Origin: Eledone cirrhosa
Lineage: Eukaryota
Length of the DNA stretch: 64,000 bases
Assembly: GCA_964016885.1 (NCBI GenBank)
Contig: OZ024746.1
Location: 101,060,001-101,124,000 of the forward strand
Direction: 5' to 3'
Part shown: positions 28,441 to 39,240 of the stretch, in pieces
Layout: each line of letters begins with the position of its first letter
Numbering within the stretch: position 1 is the first letter of the stretch
Notes under the pieces: model-generated
Told to the model about the DNA's origin: nothing
The model's database searches: none
The model's input: only the letters and a program-made list of their open reading frames with translations
Made by a program: the position numbers and the translations under genes

Positions 28441-28616
28441 TTTCCATCGATATACTTGTTTATATATATATAATTTAATAGAGAAATGGCTTCTACAGGA
28501 CTAGAACTGTTTCATTAGTCGTGTAGAAGCCATTTCTATATTAAATTTTGTATATAGTCTACTAATGTATTGAGTACCTTACATACTATGGTTATTCCCG
28601 ATTGAACCCGGGACTC

Positions 28617-28975
28617 ACATCATCATCATCATTTTACGTCCACTTTTCCCTGCTTGCAAGGATGGGACTGGTCCCCTTTAATGCAGCATCTCTCCATTTG
28701 TCACAGTCCTTCGTCATCTCTTCTGTGAGCTTCAGTGATCTGAAGTTCGCTCTCACCACCTTCGCTCATGTTTTCCCTGGTTTTCCTGTACTGCGTCTTC
28801 CTTCCACTAGGATCACCTGCCACATCTTCACCCAGTGGTCATCCTCCTTGCACATCACATGGCCATACCAACGCAGTCTTCTCTCCTACATACTACAGTT
28901 TATTCCTCTTATATACTGTTTCTCTCTCAACTCGTCCATGCTTGCTTCATTTCTCTCCAGCCTTCGCATATCCTC
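28617..28975 (-). mobile_element. RTE LINE 3' fragment, second subfamily (antisense)
   Basis: Reverse complement resembles 33530-33930, with the shared end cttgcaagcagggaaaagtggacgtaaaatgatgatg. Confidence 0.85.
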
Positions 28976-29564
28976 CACATATAATATATATATAGATACA
29001 TATATTTTATATATAGATATATATATTATATATATATAGATATATATAATATATATATTGTATATATAATGGCTGCAACTCGATTTCGAGTAATGCCATC
29101 GCTTGATATTTAAGCATGAGCATCATGGATGTGGTTTATTTAGTCCAGCTAGGGACTTGCCTATGGCCAGCAATACCATGCATCACAAAATATGTCACAT
29201 ATCAAGCAATGCCTGTGCTTGAAGCTTTTTTAAGTGAGGAAAGGTTTTGCATGGGGCCAATCCCACTCTCTGAATATTGAATACATTTACACAAAAAGAA
29301 GAACTGGTCTACATCATTGGATGCAAACAAAGTCGTTTTATATCAGAGAGACCTTCTCCTAGAGAGATGTCTTAATGAAGACTAGGGGTCTCTCACTCAA
29401 CAAAAAAAAAAAGGTTTATTGGATGGCCGTTGACTCTACTGAGTTCCTCTGCCCTTTAGCGGGTTTTGTTTTCCATCCCACAAGCAAGCTTGGTGGGGTT
29501 GCCGGTTTAGTTGCTGATGACCCGACCATGCACAGGTTGTACTGGGTTACATGTTACATATACA

Positions 29565-29830
29565 TATCATCATCATCATCATCATCATCATCAACGTTTA
29601 ACGTCCATGTTCCACGCTTGCATGGGTTTGGACGGGGGTAGTCCCACTTGAGGCAAGAGTGATTGTCTTGCTCGCATAGGACTGTCTGGCAGGTTTTCTA
29701 CAGTTGGATGCCCTTCCTAACACCAACCACATTTACAGTGTGGGTCTGGGAGGTTTTTACCGTGTTGCCTACACGGCCACATTACAGCGTGGACTGTGTG
29801 TTTTTTTGTCGTGACACCTACACGATCTCA
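29565..29830 (-). mobile_element. RTE 3' UTR fragment (antisense)
   Basis: (CAT)n tail, then gtccatgttccacgcttgcatgggtt and ggatgcccttcctaacaccaacc as in the other copies. Confidence 0.8.
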
Positions 29831-29844
29831 TTTGTTTCTATATA

Positions 29845-32008
29845 CTAAATGAGGAGGATGAATGGAATAAAGATAGTCTGCCCCACATTAATCCAATAGA
29901 AGGAGCAGCAATGCAAGTTAAAGGTAGTATAATAAGTAAGGCAATCAGAGATATGAAGACAGGCAAGGCAGCTGGGCCTTTGGGGATAGTTGCTGAAATG
30001 TTGAAGGCATCTGGAATGGGGGGGGGGGGCACTATGGTCACCTGGATAGTAAACCAAGTCATACAGAATGACTGGCGTAGCAGCAGTATCATCAACTATT
30101 ACATGGACAAAAGAGACACCCTGGATAGAGGAAATTATAGAGGTATTAAGTTAGTTGACCAGGTCAGAAAGAGTTATTGCTCAACTGATTAGAGACGAAA
30201 TTAATCTAGGTGAGATGCAGTTTGGGTTTGTGCCAGGTAAAAGTACCATGGATGCTCTTTTCCTTGTACGGCAACTACAGAAGTACCTAGCTAAAAGTAA
30301 ATCCCTCTACTTAGCTTTTGTTGACTTGGAAAAAGCCTTTGACAGAGTCCCCCGCTCCATTATCTGGAGGGCTCTTAGAAAATTAGGAGTAGATGAGTGG
30401 CTTATGAGGGCTATACAAGCCATGTATAGAGGAACAGTCAGCAAGGTTAGAATTAACAATGAATATAGTGAAGAATTTAGCGTAATAGTAGGTGTTCACC
30501 AAAGCACCATCCTTAGCCCTCTCCTGTTTATTATTATCCTACAGGCGTTGGATTGGCAGTATCGGTAGAGGGTCGGACACAATGCTTTCCAGCATAGTTA
30601 CGTCCCTTTACGGTCTGAGTTCAAATCCCACCGAGGTTAACTTTGCCTTTCATCCTTACGGGGGTCGATAAAATAAAGTACCAGTAATGTACTGGGATAA
30701 TTGCTGGCCTTGTGCCAAAAGTAGAAACAATTATTATCCTACAGGCTATAACAGAAGAGTTTAAGACTGGCTGGCCATGGTAACTTCTATATGCAGATGA
30801 TCTAACCCTCATAGCTAAGTCCATAGCTGAACATGGAAGTATTACCTAGATTCAAAATGCCGTAAAGTTAAATTGTTGAAGACTAAAGTTCTTGTATGTA
30901 GAAAGGAAATTAGGGCACAGGTGCCCTCAGGGAAATGGCCATGCTCAGTGTATAAGAAGAGAGTAGGTAGAAATTCCATTCTATGTCCCAAATGCAAACT
31001 ATGTGTACATAAAAGATGTAGTGGGATCACAGGTAAGCTATCTAAGAATGTAGACTTTATATGTGGCCGATGCTCAGGTGCAGTAAGTAGCAAGTGACCA
31101 CAAGATACTAGCTCCTTCTACTCCCCAGATGGTTCTATAGAAATAGTAGAAACTTTCCATTACCTGGGTGACAACATCAGCAGTGGAGGAGGGTGCTCTG
31201 AAAGTACAGTAGCCAGAGTTAGAAGGGGTTTTACTCTAAAAGTGAAAGGCAGATTGTATGATGCTTGTATACGAACGGCAATATTACATGGTAGTGAAAC
31301 TTGGGCATTGTGCACTGAAGACTTGCATAGATTAAAAAGATATGAAGCCTACATGCTCCGATGGATGTGTAATAGTACTGTATGTGAATAGCAAAACATA
31401 AACGAATTGAGAGAGAGACTAAGCATAAGAGGTATTAAATGTTCTGGAGAGGAGATTGCGTTGGTATTGACATGTGATGCATATGGAGAACAGCTGTATA
31501 AAAAAGTGCAGAGCAATCAAAATTGATGGAAGCTACGGAGTGGGTAGACCAAGAAAAACCTGGGATAAGGTGATAAAAACTGACCTTGCTCACCTACACC
31601 TCTCTAAGACAATGTCACTGGATCGAGATCTTTGGCACCATGCAGTTGTACAGAAGACTAGCCTTCCCTTACATACAAACCTACAGTCAGTAGGCACCTC
31701 TTAGCTCAATATACACCCCACCCCACACACCCTACCCCATCCTCCCATTTCCGTCCACTGTGTCGGGGACACAACAAAAAGCTCCCAGTCCATACTGTAA
31801 AGTGGTCGTGTCGGTGACACAACAAAAAGTACCCAGTCCACACTGTAAATGTGGTTGGTGTTAGGAAGGGCATCCAACCATAGAAAATCTGCCAGGGACT
31901 GTTCTGTATGAACGAGACACGGTCACCCAACCGATCCCGCCGCAAGTGGAACAAAACCCTCTAACCCATGTTAGCGTGGAAGATGGACGTTAAACAATGA
32001 TGATGATA
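29845..32008 (+). mobile_element. 5'-truncated RTE LINE with full RT domain, frameshifted and interrupted by a SINE
   Basis: Motifs MKTGKAAGP.GI, NYRGIKL, MQFGFVPGKST.DA, AFVDLEKAFDRVP, GVHQ..LSPLLF, YADDL, PHD-like finger, GRPRKTW, then 3' UTR and tail. Confidence 0.92.
30547..30730 (+). mobile_element. tRNA-derived SINE (Nin/Deu-like central domain) with 17-bp TSD
   Basis: A-box-like TGGCAGTATCGG, B-box GAGTTCAAATCC, core GCCTTTCATCCTTACGGGGGTCGATAAAATAAAGTACCAGT. TSD attattatcctacaggc at 30530-30546 and 30730-30746. Confidence 0.88.
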
Positions 32009-32232
32009 TATATATATATATAGTAGTAGAGGTGCAATTGGATTGCGTTCACAGGCGGTGTGCCAGGATGAGCACTTAATGCTATATAATAATAATTAGG
32101 GAACAAAGAATCAGTATTGCATGATAAAATCGATGATGACCTATTTCTTCTAACAAAGTCTGTGGCCACCCAGATATAGCAAATCAGGTGTCTAACAATT
32201 CAGCAACATTTGGACGTGAGTCTACATGTAAG

Positions 32233-32329
32233 AACACATATCTGAGGAGCTTTCGAATCCAGAGTCAGGAACAAACATAATCAATCGTTCCTTGAGCTGA
32301 TCGGCAGTGAAACATATGTAATATGTGTT
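32233..32329 (+). ncRNA. Minimal type I hammerhead ribozyme (Penelope-type)
   Basis: Stem I AACACATAT/ATATGTGTT (9 bp perfect), CTGAGGA, stem II gctttcga/tcggcagt, GAAA, palindromic CATATG stem III, GTA cleavage triplet. Confidence 0.78.
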
Positions 32330-32750
32330 TTAATGTGTATATGATGCAATACTGATTCTTTGTTCCCTAATTATTATATATATATATATATATATTAGAA
32401 AGATCGAGTATCGAAAAATCGGCGCACGAGTTCACGATAAACAAAATTCGAAATGAGCGGCAGAGGGCTCAATAATTCAGATGAATCAGAGCTATAACTA
32501 TCGTTAAAATACCGTCACATATAGAACAAGTCTACAATCAACCATACGATAAAAAATCGATAATAGAAGATTCGGGACAAACAGATAAAAAATATCAATA
32601 AAACAATACATCAATAATTTAAATGAATGTAAAATCATACCCGGACCCACTAGAAAGGTGTTAAATCTAGCTTCTTGGGTTTCTGTAAATCCTTAGACTG
32701 TACTCTATCAGCTCACATATAAATATAAAAGCCTACTAGATATATATATA

Positions 32751-32889
32751 TTTATTAAAATAACAGATTAAACTTTAAGCAAAGAATTGCTGCTTTCACC
32801 CTTAACGGGATCTTTTTAGTTTCAGAAGATCCTGTTAAGGGTGAAAGCAGCGATTCTTTGTTTAAACTTTAATCTGTTATTTTAATAAA
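32751..32889. repeat. Long near-perfect palindrome (about 64-bp arms, 11-nt loop)
   Basis: Arm 32751-32814 pairs with 32826-32889. A lone right arm recurs at about 16333-16400. Confidence 0.85.
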
Positions 32890-32976
32890 TATTTGCTCTA
32901 GGGTTCTTATATATTTGATATATATATTTTTTATATATATTTATCCTTATCGAGCCCTCTTTGGATTTTAGTCTTC

Positions 32977-33930
32977 TCTATGCTGACAATCTGGTTCTTA
33001 TAGCAGAATCAGTAGAGGCGCAGTTGGAAGCAAGAGGACTGAGACAAAAGTGTTGATGAGTAGAAAAGAGGACAAAACTCTGATTCCGTCAGGGAAATGG
33101 CCATGTTTGATATGCAGAAAAGGAACTGGCATAAATTCTATAAAATGCACACAATGCAGGTCCTAGGTAGACAAGAGATGTAGTGGGATGGCAGGCAAAC
33201 TAACAGGTAGGGAGAAATACGTATGCAGTAGATGTACAGGGAAATTAGACAGTAGAAGTCGCACTGATAGACACATTTTTCAAATGCAGGCGGGTGCTAT
33301 AGAAGTGGTGGATAGCTTCCGGTACCTAGGAGATCAGATTAGCATGGGAGGGGGAGGGGGGTGTTCTGAGGCATAGTATCTAGAATAAGGATGGGTTGGA
33401 AGAAGTTTAGGGAGCTGCTCCCTCTACTGACGAAGAAGAGTTTCTCCCTGCGTACGAAAGGCCGGTTATATGATGCCTGTGTGAGGTGCGCGATGCTGCA
33501 TGGTAATGAGACATGGGCAGCAACTGCAGAGGATATGCGACAGCTGGAGAGAAATGAGGCAAGCATACTCCGTTGGATGTGCGGTGTCAATGTGCGTGAA
33601 CGACCGAGAATGGATGTGTTGAGAGAGAAACTGTGTCTGAGAGGGATAGAATGTAGTGTGCGGGAGAGGAGACTGAGGTGGTATGGACATGTGATGCGCA
33701 TGGAGAATGACCGATGGGTGAAGAAGTGCCAGGAAATGCCAGTTGAAGGAAGACGTGGTAGAGGTAGACCACGTAAAACATGGGCGGAGGTGGTGAGAAC
33801 AGACCTCAGATCGCTGAAGCTCACGGTGGAGATGATGAAGGACCGTGACAAGTGGAGAGATGCTGTGCTGAATAAGACCCGTCCCACCCTTGCAAGCAGG
33901 GAAAAGCGGACGTAAAATGATGATGATGAT
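32977..33930 (+). mobile_element. 5'-truncated RTE LINE, second subfamily
   Basis: Motifs YADNL, GKWPC..C, VDSFRYLGD, GWKKFRELLPLL...RLRWYGHVMRM...GRGRPRKTW. The ORF ends at the (ATG)n tail. Confidence 0.9.
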
Positions 33931-34176
33931 ACACACATCTATATAAACACATCTTCATACGTGAAAACACCCGCCATGCATGCATATACATGCACGAAAA
34001 CATAAACACGCGCACACGTACATAAACCCGCGCGACACATGTACCCGCACACATACGAACGCATCCTTATCGAGCCCTCTTTGGATTTTAGTCTTCACAT
34101 TTATTATTATTACTATATATATGTATGTATATATATATATATATATATATATACATAAAGAATGAATAATAACAGG

Positions 34177-34975
34177 TAGACATCATAAAAAGGTAATTTA
34201 TTCCGTGTGCTTACAAGTGTTTCCACGGTGGTACTGCAGCCTAGTTATGCTACGTGCAAATTCACAAGTACTTGCAGAACTCAAATATCCAATGCTGTGA
34301 CCACTGTTTCCTCAGAGCAGAATGGTAAAATGTACAATGTAAATACCCTTAAGTGGGGTTGTTGGGGAAGATAGAGTAGAAAAGGAAGAGAGAAAAGTAG
34401 GGAAGAGGGAGAGAGAAAGAAAGATATGCAGGGGTTGGAGAAGTAGGGGAGAGTGGCTTGTAGATATCTTAATCAAAATGTTATGGTAGGGGTTTTATTA
34501 TACTGGTTACTTTTGGAGAGATGCGTTGATAGTTAAGGTCGGAATTATTTATTGCCCCAGAGGGCAGGTTCATAGATGTTGAGAGGGAGGTAGGCCAAAG
34601 GTGAGCGAGAGAGAGTGTAATGGATGTAGAGAGAGATAGGTAGAGAGGGGAGACAGACAAAGTTTGTGTGGTGAGTGAACTTTGGGTTTGTAGTAGTAAT
34701 CTAGGAATTGCACTGAGTTACCATGTATAGTGATAAGCAGTGTATTGTCTTGTAGTGTGGGGGGAAGAGAAGGTTGTTAGCTAGAAAGTGGTGTTATAGT
34801 TACAGGTTCGAATGTTAAGTTATTTTATAGTGAGAGAATTTAGCTTTTAGTTTGTGGTTGCAGTATAATGATCGTTCAATTCTATCGTTAAGTAGTTTGT
34901 TTTTGGATTTTAATATGTAAAAGAGCTCAAGGTTACATAACCTGCAGTACTTCAATTACCTTTTTATGATGTCTA
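34177..34975 (-). mobile_element. 5'-truncated Penelope-like element with 22-bp inverted termini
   Basis: Reads CRLCNLELFYILKSKNKLLNDRIE near 34880-34950. Hammerhead core at 34208-34319. TAGACATCATAAAAAGGTAATT at 34177 has its reverse complement at 34954-34975. Confidence 0.75.
34208..34319 (-). ncRNA. Minimal type I hammerhead ribozyme (Penelope-type)
   Basis: Minus strand reads TGCT-CTGAGGA-aACAGTGGT...ACCACCGTg-GAAA-CACTTG-TA-AGCA. Confidence 0.6.
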
Positions 34976-35136
34976 TATACACTCCGGAATACTGAAGGAT
35001 CAGGAACTAAGTTTCTTGAACAATTCTTCCATAACTCGTAGAGTAACCTCTTACCGTACGTCAACCATATCCAGTGTAGTAATTAACCATTACTACATCT
35101 TGGATAATCCTATACCTAATATATATATACATATGT

Positions 35137-36033
35137 AGGTTAGTGTCCATCAGGGCTCTGTTCTTAGCCATCTCCTGTTTATTATCATTCTGCAGGCAAT
35201 AATGGAGGAGTTTAAGACTTGCTGTCCATGGGAACTTCTGTATGCAAATGACCTAACCCTTATAGCTGAATCTATGGCAGAGTTAGAGAAGAAATTCCAA
35301 ACCTGAAAGTATGGCCTAGAATCAAATGTCTTAAAGTTAACTTGTCTAAGAACAAAGTCCTAGTATGTAGAAAGGAAAATAGAGCCCAGATCTCATCTGG
35401 GAAATGGCCTTACTCAGTGTGCAGAAAATGAGTAGCTAGAAATTCCATTCTATGTTCAAAATACAAGCAATGGGTATACAAGGGATCTAGTGGGATCTCA
35501 GGCAAGCTAACAAAGAATGTAGGTTTTATTTCTGGTTGGTGCACAGGGGCAGTGAGTGATGGTAGCATGGAGTAGGCAGGCCCAGGAAGACTTGGGATGA
35601 GGTAATAAGAGCTGACTTTACTCAATTACATTCACTCAGGCGATGACACTGGACCGTGACCAGTACTATGCAGTACTACAGAAGACTCACCCTCCCATAA
35701 ACCTCCCTCCCATAAACCTCCCTCCCCTACACCTACGTCCCAATTTCTCCAAGCATCTTCCCCACCCCTCCCAAGCTTCCAACCTCCTCTATAAAGTGAT
35801 CCTCTTGGAGCCACAAGAACCCAGCCCACACTATAGTGGTCATGTAGGTGTCATGACAAAAAGCACCCAGTGTAAATGTGGTTGGCATTAGGAAGGGCAT
35901 CCAGCTGTAGAAACCAAGCCAAAATCAGTTCAGTGTGAGCGAATCACAGTCCCCCCAACCTGATCCCCCACAAAAGGACAGCCCATCCTACCCATGCTAG
36001 CGTGGAAGATGGACGCTAAACGATGATGATGAT
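35137..36033 (+). mobile_element. Internally deleted RTE LINE
   Basis: Motifs VHQGSVLSHLLF, CPWELLYANDL and a decayed finger, then a jump to the 3' UTR and tail. Confidence 0.85.
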
Positions 36034-36204
36034 ATATAATATATTTTATATATATATATATATATATCATCATTATCATTGTTTAAAGTCCATTTTCCAT
36101 GCTAGCATGGGTAGGACATATATATTTGTATATGAGCTCTAAGTAATGCTGATGACAACAATAAAGATTTAAGCCACAGCTGAACTATTGTGAATTTGTT
36201 CCAG

Positions 36205-36421
36205 AGAGCGAGAACGACAGCTAGAAAAGAAGAGAGTTACTCAAGGCTACATTGAGGAGTATCTCCTAAACAGACAAATTTGGATAGAAGAAGAGAAGCG
36301 TAAAGCAGAAGAAGAAAACCAAAGGATCGTGGAGTTTGGCCATCTTGTGAGCGACCGAAAGAATAAACATTTAAAAGAAGTAGCTGAAAGAGAAGCTGCT
36401 CATGCCAAAATTTACCAAACT
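36205..36421 (+). CDS. MNS1: MNS1 coding exon E
   Basis: Acceptor ttgttccag, reads (R)ERERQLEKKRVTQGYIEEYL...AEEENQRIVEFG...AKIYQT, donor gtgagc. Phase is compatible on both sides. Confidence 0.9.
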
Positions 36422-37040
36422 GTGAGCTCCACCTTTTGTTGTTTTGGTTTTTTTCATTGTTTTGTTGTTGTCTTTTCCTCTCAATTTTATTTGTATATTT
36501 TGCTTGTATCATGGGAAAAACTTTCAACTGGAAATTAGATTTTGAAAATTTTTATTTATAGAATTTTTATTCTATAGAATGTATGCTTAGAAAAGCAGCT
36601 GTGCATCTCATCTAATATAGAAGGTGAATCACTGAGACAGAGGACATACAAATGAATCTGTTGTGTAAGGAGTTTGCTGGAAGTTTGTTTGTCAACTATC
36701 CTCTATCAATAACTTAGATCTCTGCTCTAGCCACATCAGTGCTCCAAATATATCATTGCCATAGTGGTAGCTGTTAGTGATTCTCAAGAAATTAAAAATT
36801 CAGACACCTTAAGCACGTGTCTTGGACTAACCAATGCCTAGTAAGGGAATTTGGTATGCAGAAACTGTAAGGAACTCTACGATAAAAATGGAAGGTTTAG
36901 TGCTGTCTGGATGAACGTTGAGGCTTTATCAATGTTAACTGAGTTAGTTGAGTGAGGATGTCTGATATTGAAAGACTTGAAATACTCAATGATCATGGAG
37001 GACATCACTGATGATGTATGAAAAAACTTTTGCCTGGAAC

Positions 37041-37580
37041 AACCAGTGACTATGAGGAGCAACCAGTGACTATGAGGAACAACCAGTGACTATGAGGAGC
37101 AACCAGTGACTATGAGGAGCAACCAGTGACTATGAGGAACAACCAGTGACTATGAGGAACAACCAGTGACTATGAGGAACAACCAGTGACTATGAGGAAC
37201 AACCAGTGACTATGAGGAGCAACCAGTGACTATGAGGAACAACCAGTGACTATGAGGAGCAACCAGTGACTATGAGGAACAACCAGTGACTATGAGGAGC
37301 AACCAGTGACTATGAGGAACAACCAGTGACTATGAGGAGCAACCAGTGACTATGAGGAGCAACCAGTGACTATGAGGAACAACCAGTGACTATGAGGAGC
37401 AACCAGTGACTATGAGGAGCAACCAGTGACTATGAGGAGCAACCAGTGACTATGAGGAGCAACCAGTGACTATGAGGAGCAACCAGTGACTATGAGGAGC
37501 AACCAGTGACTATGAGGAGCAACCAGTGACTATGAGGAGCAACCAGTGACTATGAGGAGCAACCAGTGACTATGAGGAAC
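37041..37580. repeat. 20-bp tandem repeat AACCAGTGACTATGAGGA(G/A)C, 27 copies
   Basis: Perfect apart from one biallelic position. Confidence 0.97.
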
Positions 37581-37739
37581 AGAGTGGTGACAGCTGGAGA
37601 GACAGCAGAGGGAGATGGCATTGAAGGATATGAGTTCTGAGAGGGAGAACCTACAGCAAGTTATGTATCATTTTCAGAAGTTCCTGAGAGATAGGAAGAT
37701 GAATCCCATTCAGACTGGTAACCCATGAAAATATAAATT

Positions 37740-38552
37740 TGAAGATGGAATGTATTTACAGAAAGACTTGTAAGGGCCCACATGGCCTGAAGATCCATCA
37801 GACCAAAATGAAATGCATAGAGATTGTGCAAGTACCACATCACAGAAATAGCAATGTTGGTGGTGTACAGAAGGAGTGGGGGCCAGAACCTCCATGTAGG
37901 GGTGAATTGGTAAAGTTGTTAGAATGTTGGATAGAATACCTGGTGCTATTGGTTCCAGTTCATTGCACTTTGAGTTCCAACCCTGCCATGGTTACCTTAA
38001 ATAAAGTACCAGTCCTGTGCAGGGATCAGTTATTACTCTATATCTCTCTCACACCCTCTCTCTCTCTCTCTCTGTTCAAATCTGGAGAGGGATGGGTTTA
38101 AAATTCTCAAGTCACGTCATGCCATATATTAATACAGCACCCTTACGACTCTAAGATCAGACATGCTGCTGTGAAAGCTATCAAGTAGGTAGTTCAGTTG
38201 GAACTATCCATTCCCTGAGAGGATTGTATGGAGGAGGTCAATGAGTAGAAGAGGACAAAATATTGGAAAAGAGTGTCATAACAACAAATAGCCAAGTGTG
38301 AGCCCTTTGAAGTAAGATGCAGAAGGTTTACAAACCAGTCCCTCAGCAGAGCCTTATGTTGGATATCAAAGAGGACATGAAGGAAAAGAGTCATCAAGCA
38401 GCAAAAGCTGCTTCAAGATGACTGTCGATCAAAAGAAGTGAATAAGTGTACATGAGATAATGTGATCAATGTTGGCTGGCTTGTCTGGATGAGGGTGTCT
38501 CACCTGAAACACCTGGTTAACTCAGATAACATCACTGATGATGTGTCCAGGT
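37740..38552 (+). mobile_element. Internally deleted HERO/R2-group (RLE) non-LTR retrotransposon
   Basis: N-terminal finger CKGPHGLKIHQTKMKC. RLE remnant TTLRSDMLL*...ELSIP*EDCMEEVNE*KRTKY...CEPFEVRCRRF...AASR*LSIKR. 3' UTR gagggtgtct...gaaacacc...acatcactgatgatgtgtcc. A decayed SINE lies at about 37900-38020 and a second 3' end at 36945-37020. Confidence 0.75.
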
Positions 38553-38649
38553 GTGTTATGTGTCTAATGATTACATAAAATATTTTCCTTAAACTGAACC
38601 AAATATTCAATGTTTTCAAATGTGTTTATCTTTCCTTTCAATCCAACAG

Positions 38650-38757
38650 TTATCTGAACAAATTACTCAGCAAGATGAAGCTGAGAAAGAATTGGAAAGA
38701 ATTCGTGAGGAACTGAATTTTGAAGAACAAGAAGAAAAGGCAAGACAAACTGAGAAG
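38650..38757 (+). CDS. MNS1: MNS1 coding exon F
   Basis: Acceptor atccaacag, reads LSEQITQQDEAEKELERIREELNFEEQEEKARQTEK, donor gttagt. 108 nt, phase 0/0. Confidence 0.9.
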
Positions 38758-38879
38758 GTTAGTGTTTTAGATTTTATTGCAATAACTTTTATTTCAATCG
38801 AGATATCTACCATTATGTAGTAGTGCAGAAGTCCCACCTTCCTATATGCAAAGGTTGAAGCAAACATCTAGTGGTCTCT

Positions 38880-39240
38880 AGTATGCACCACCTCTCCCCT
38901 TTCCCTTCCACATACCTCCTATGTCATAACACTCTACCCATCACCACCTAAGTGCCACCTACCTCTCCAATCCCCACCCCAGTCTACACCATAAAGTGGT
39001 CGTCTTGGTGCCCAGTCCAACCTGTCAGTTGGTCGTTTCAGTGTCACAATAAAAAGCATCCTGTTGACACTGTAAATGTGGTTGGCATTAGGAAGGTCAT
39101 CCAGCCATAGAAAGTAAGCCTGAAACAGTTCTGTATGAGCAGTCACAGTCATTTGATCTGACTTTTCTTACAACAGGACAACTCGTCTAACCCATGCTAG
39201 CATGGGAAAATGGACATTAAACGGTGATGATGATGATGAT
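38880..39240 (+). mobile_element. RTE 3' UTR fragment
   Basis: Contains ggttggcattaggaagg...tctaacccatgctagcatggg followed by (GAT)n. Confidence 0.78.

Noticed and set aside
30547-30630. tRNA gene
   Set aside because: A/B-box-like motifs are present but there is no cloverleaf. It is the head of a multi-copy SINE with TSDs.
33339-33938. Long ORFs antisense to RTE copies (also 200-685, 1818-2360, 28602-29039)
   Set aside because: These are shadow frames of LINE coding sequence with no independent evidence.
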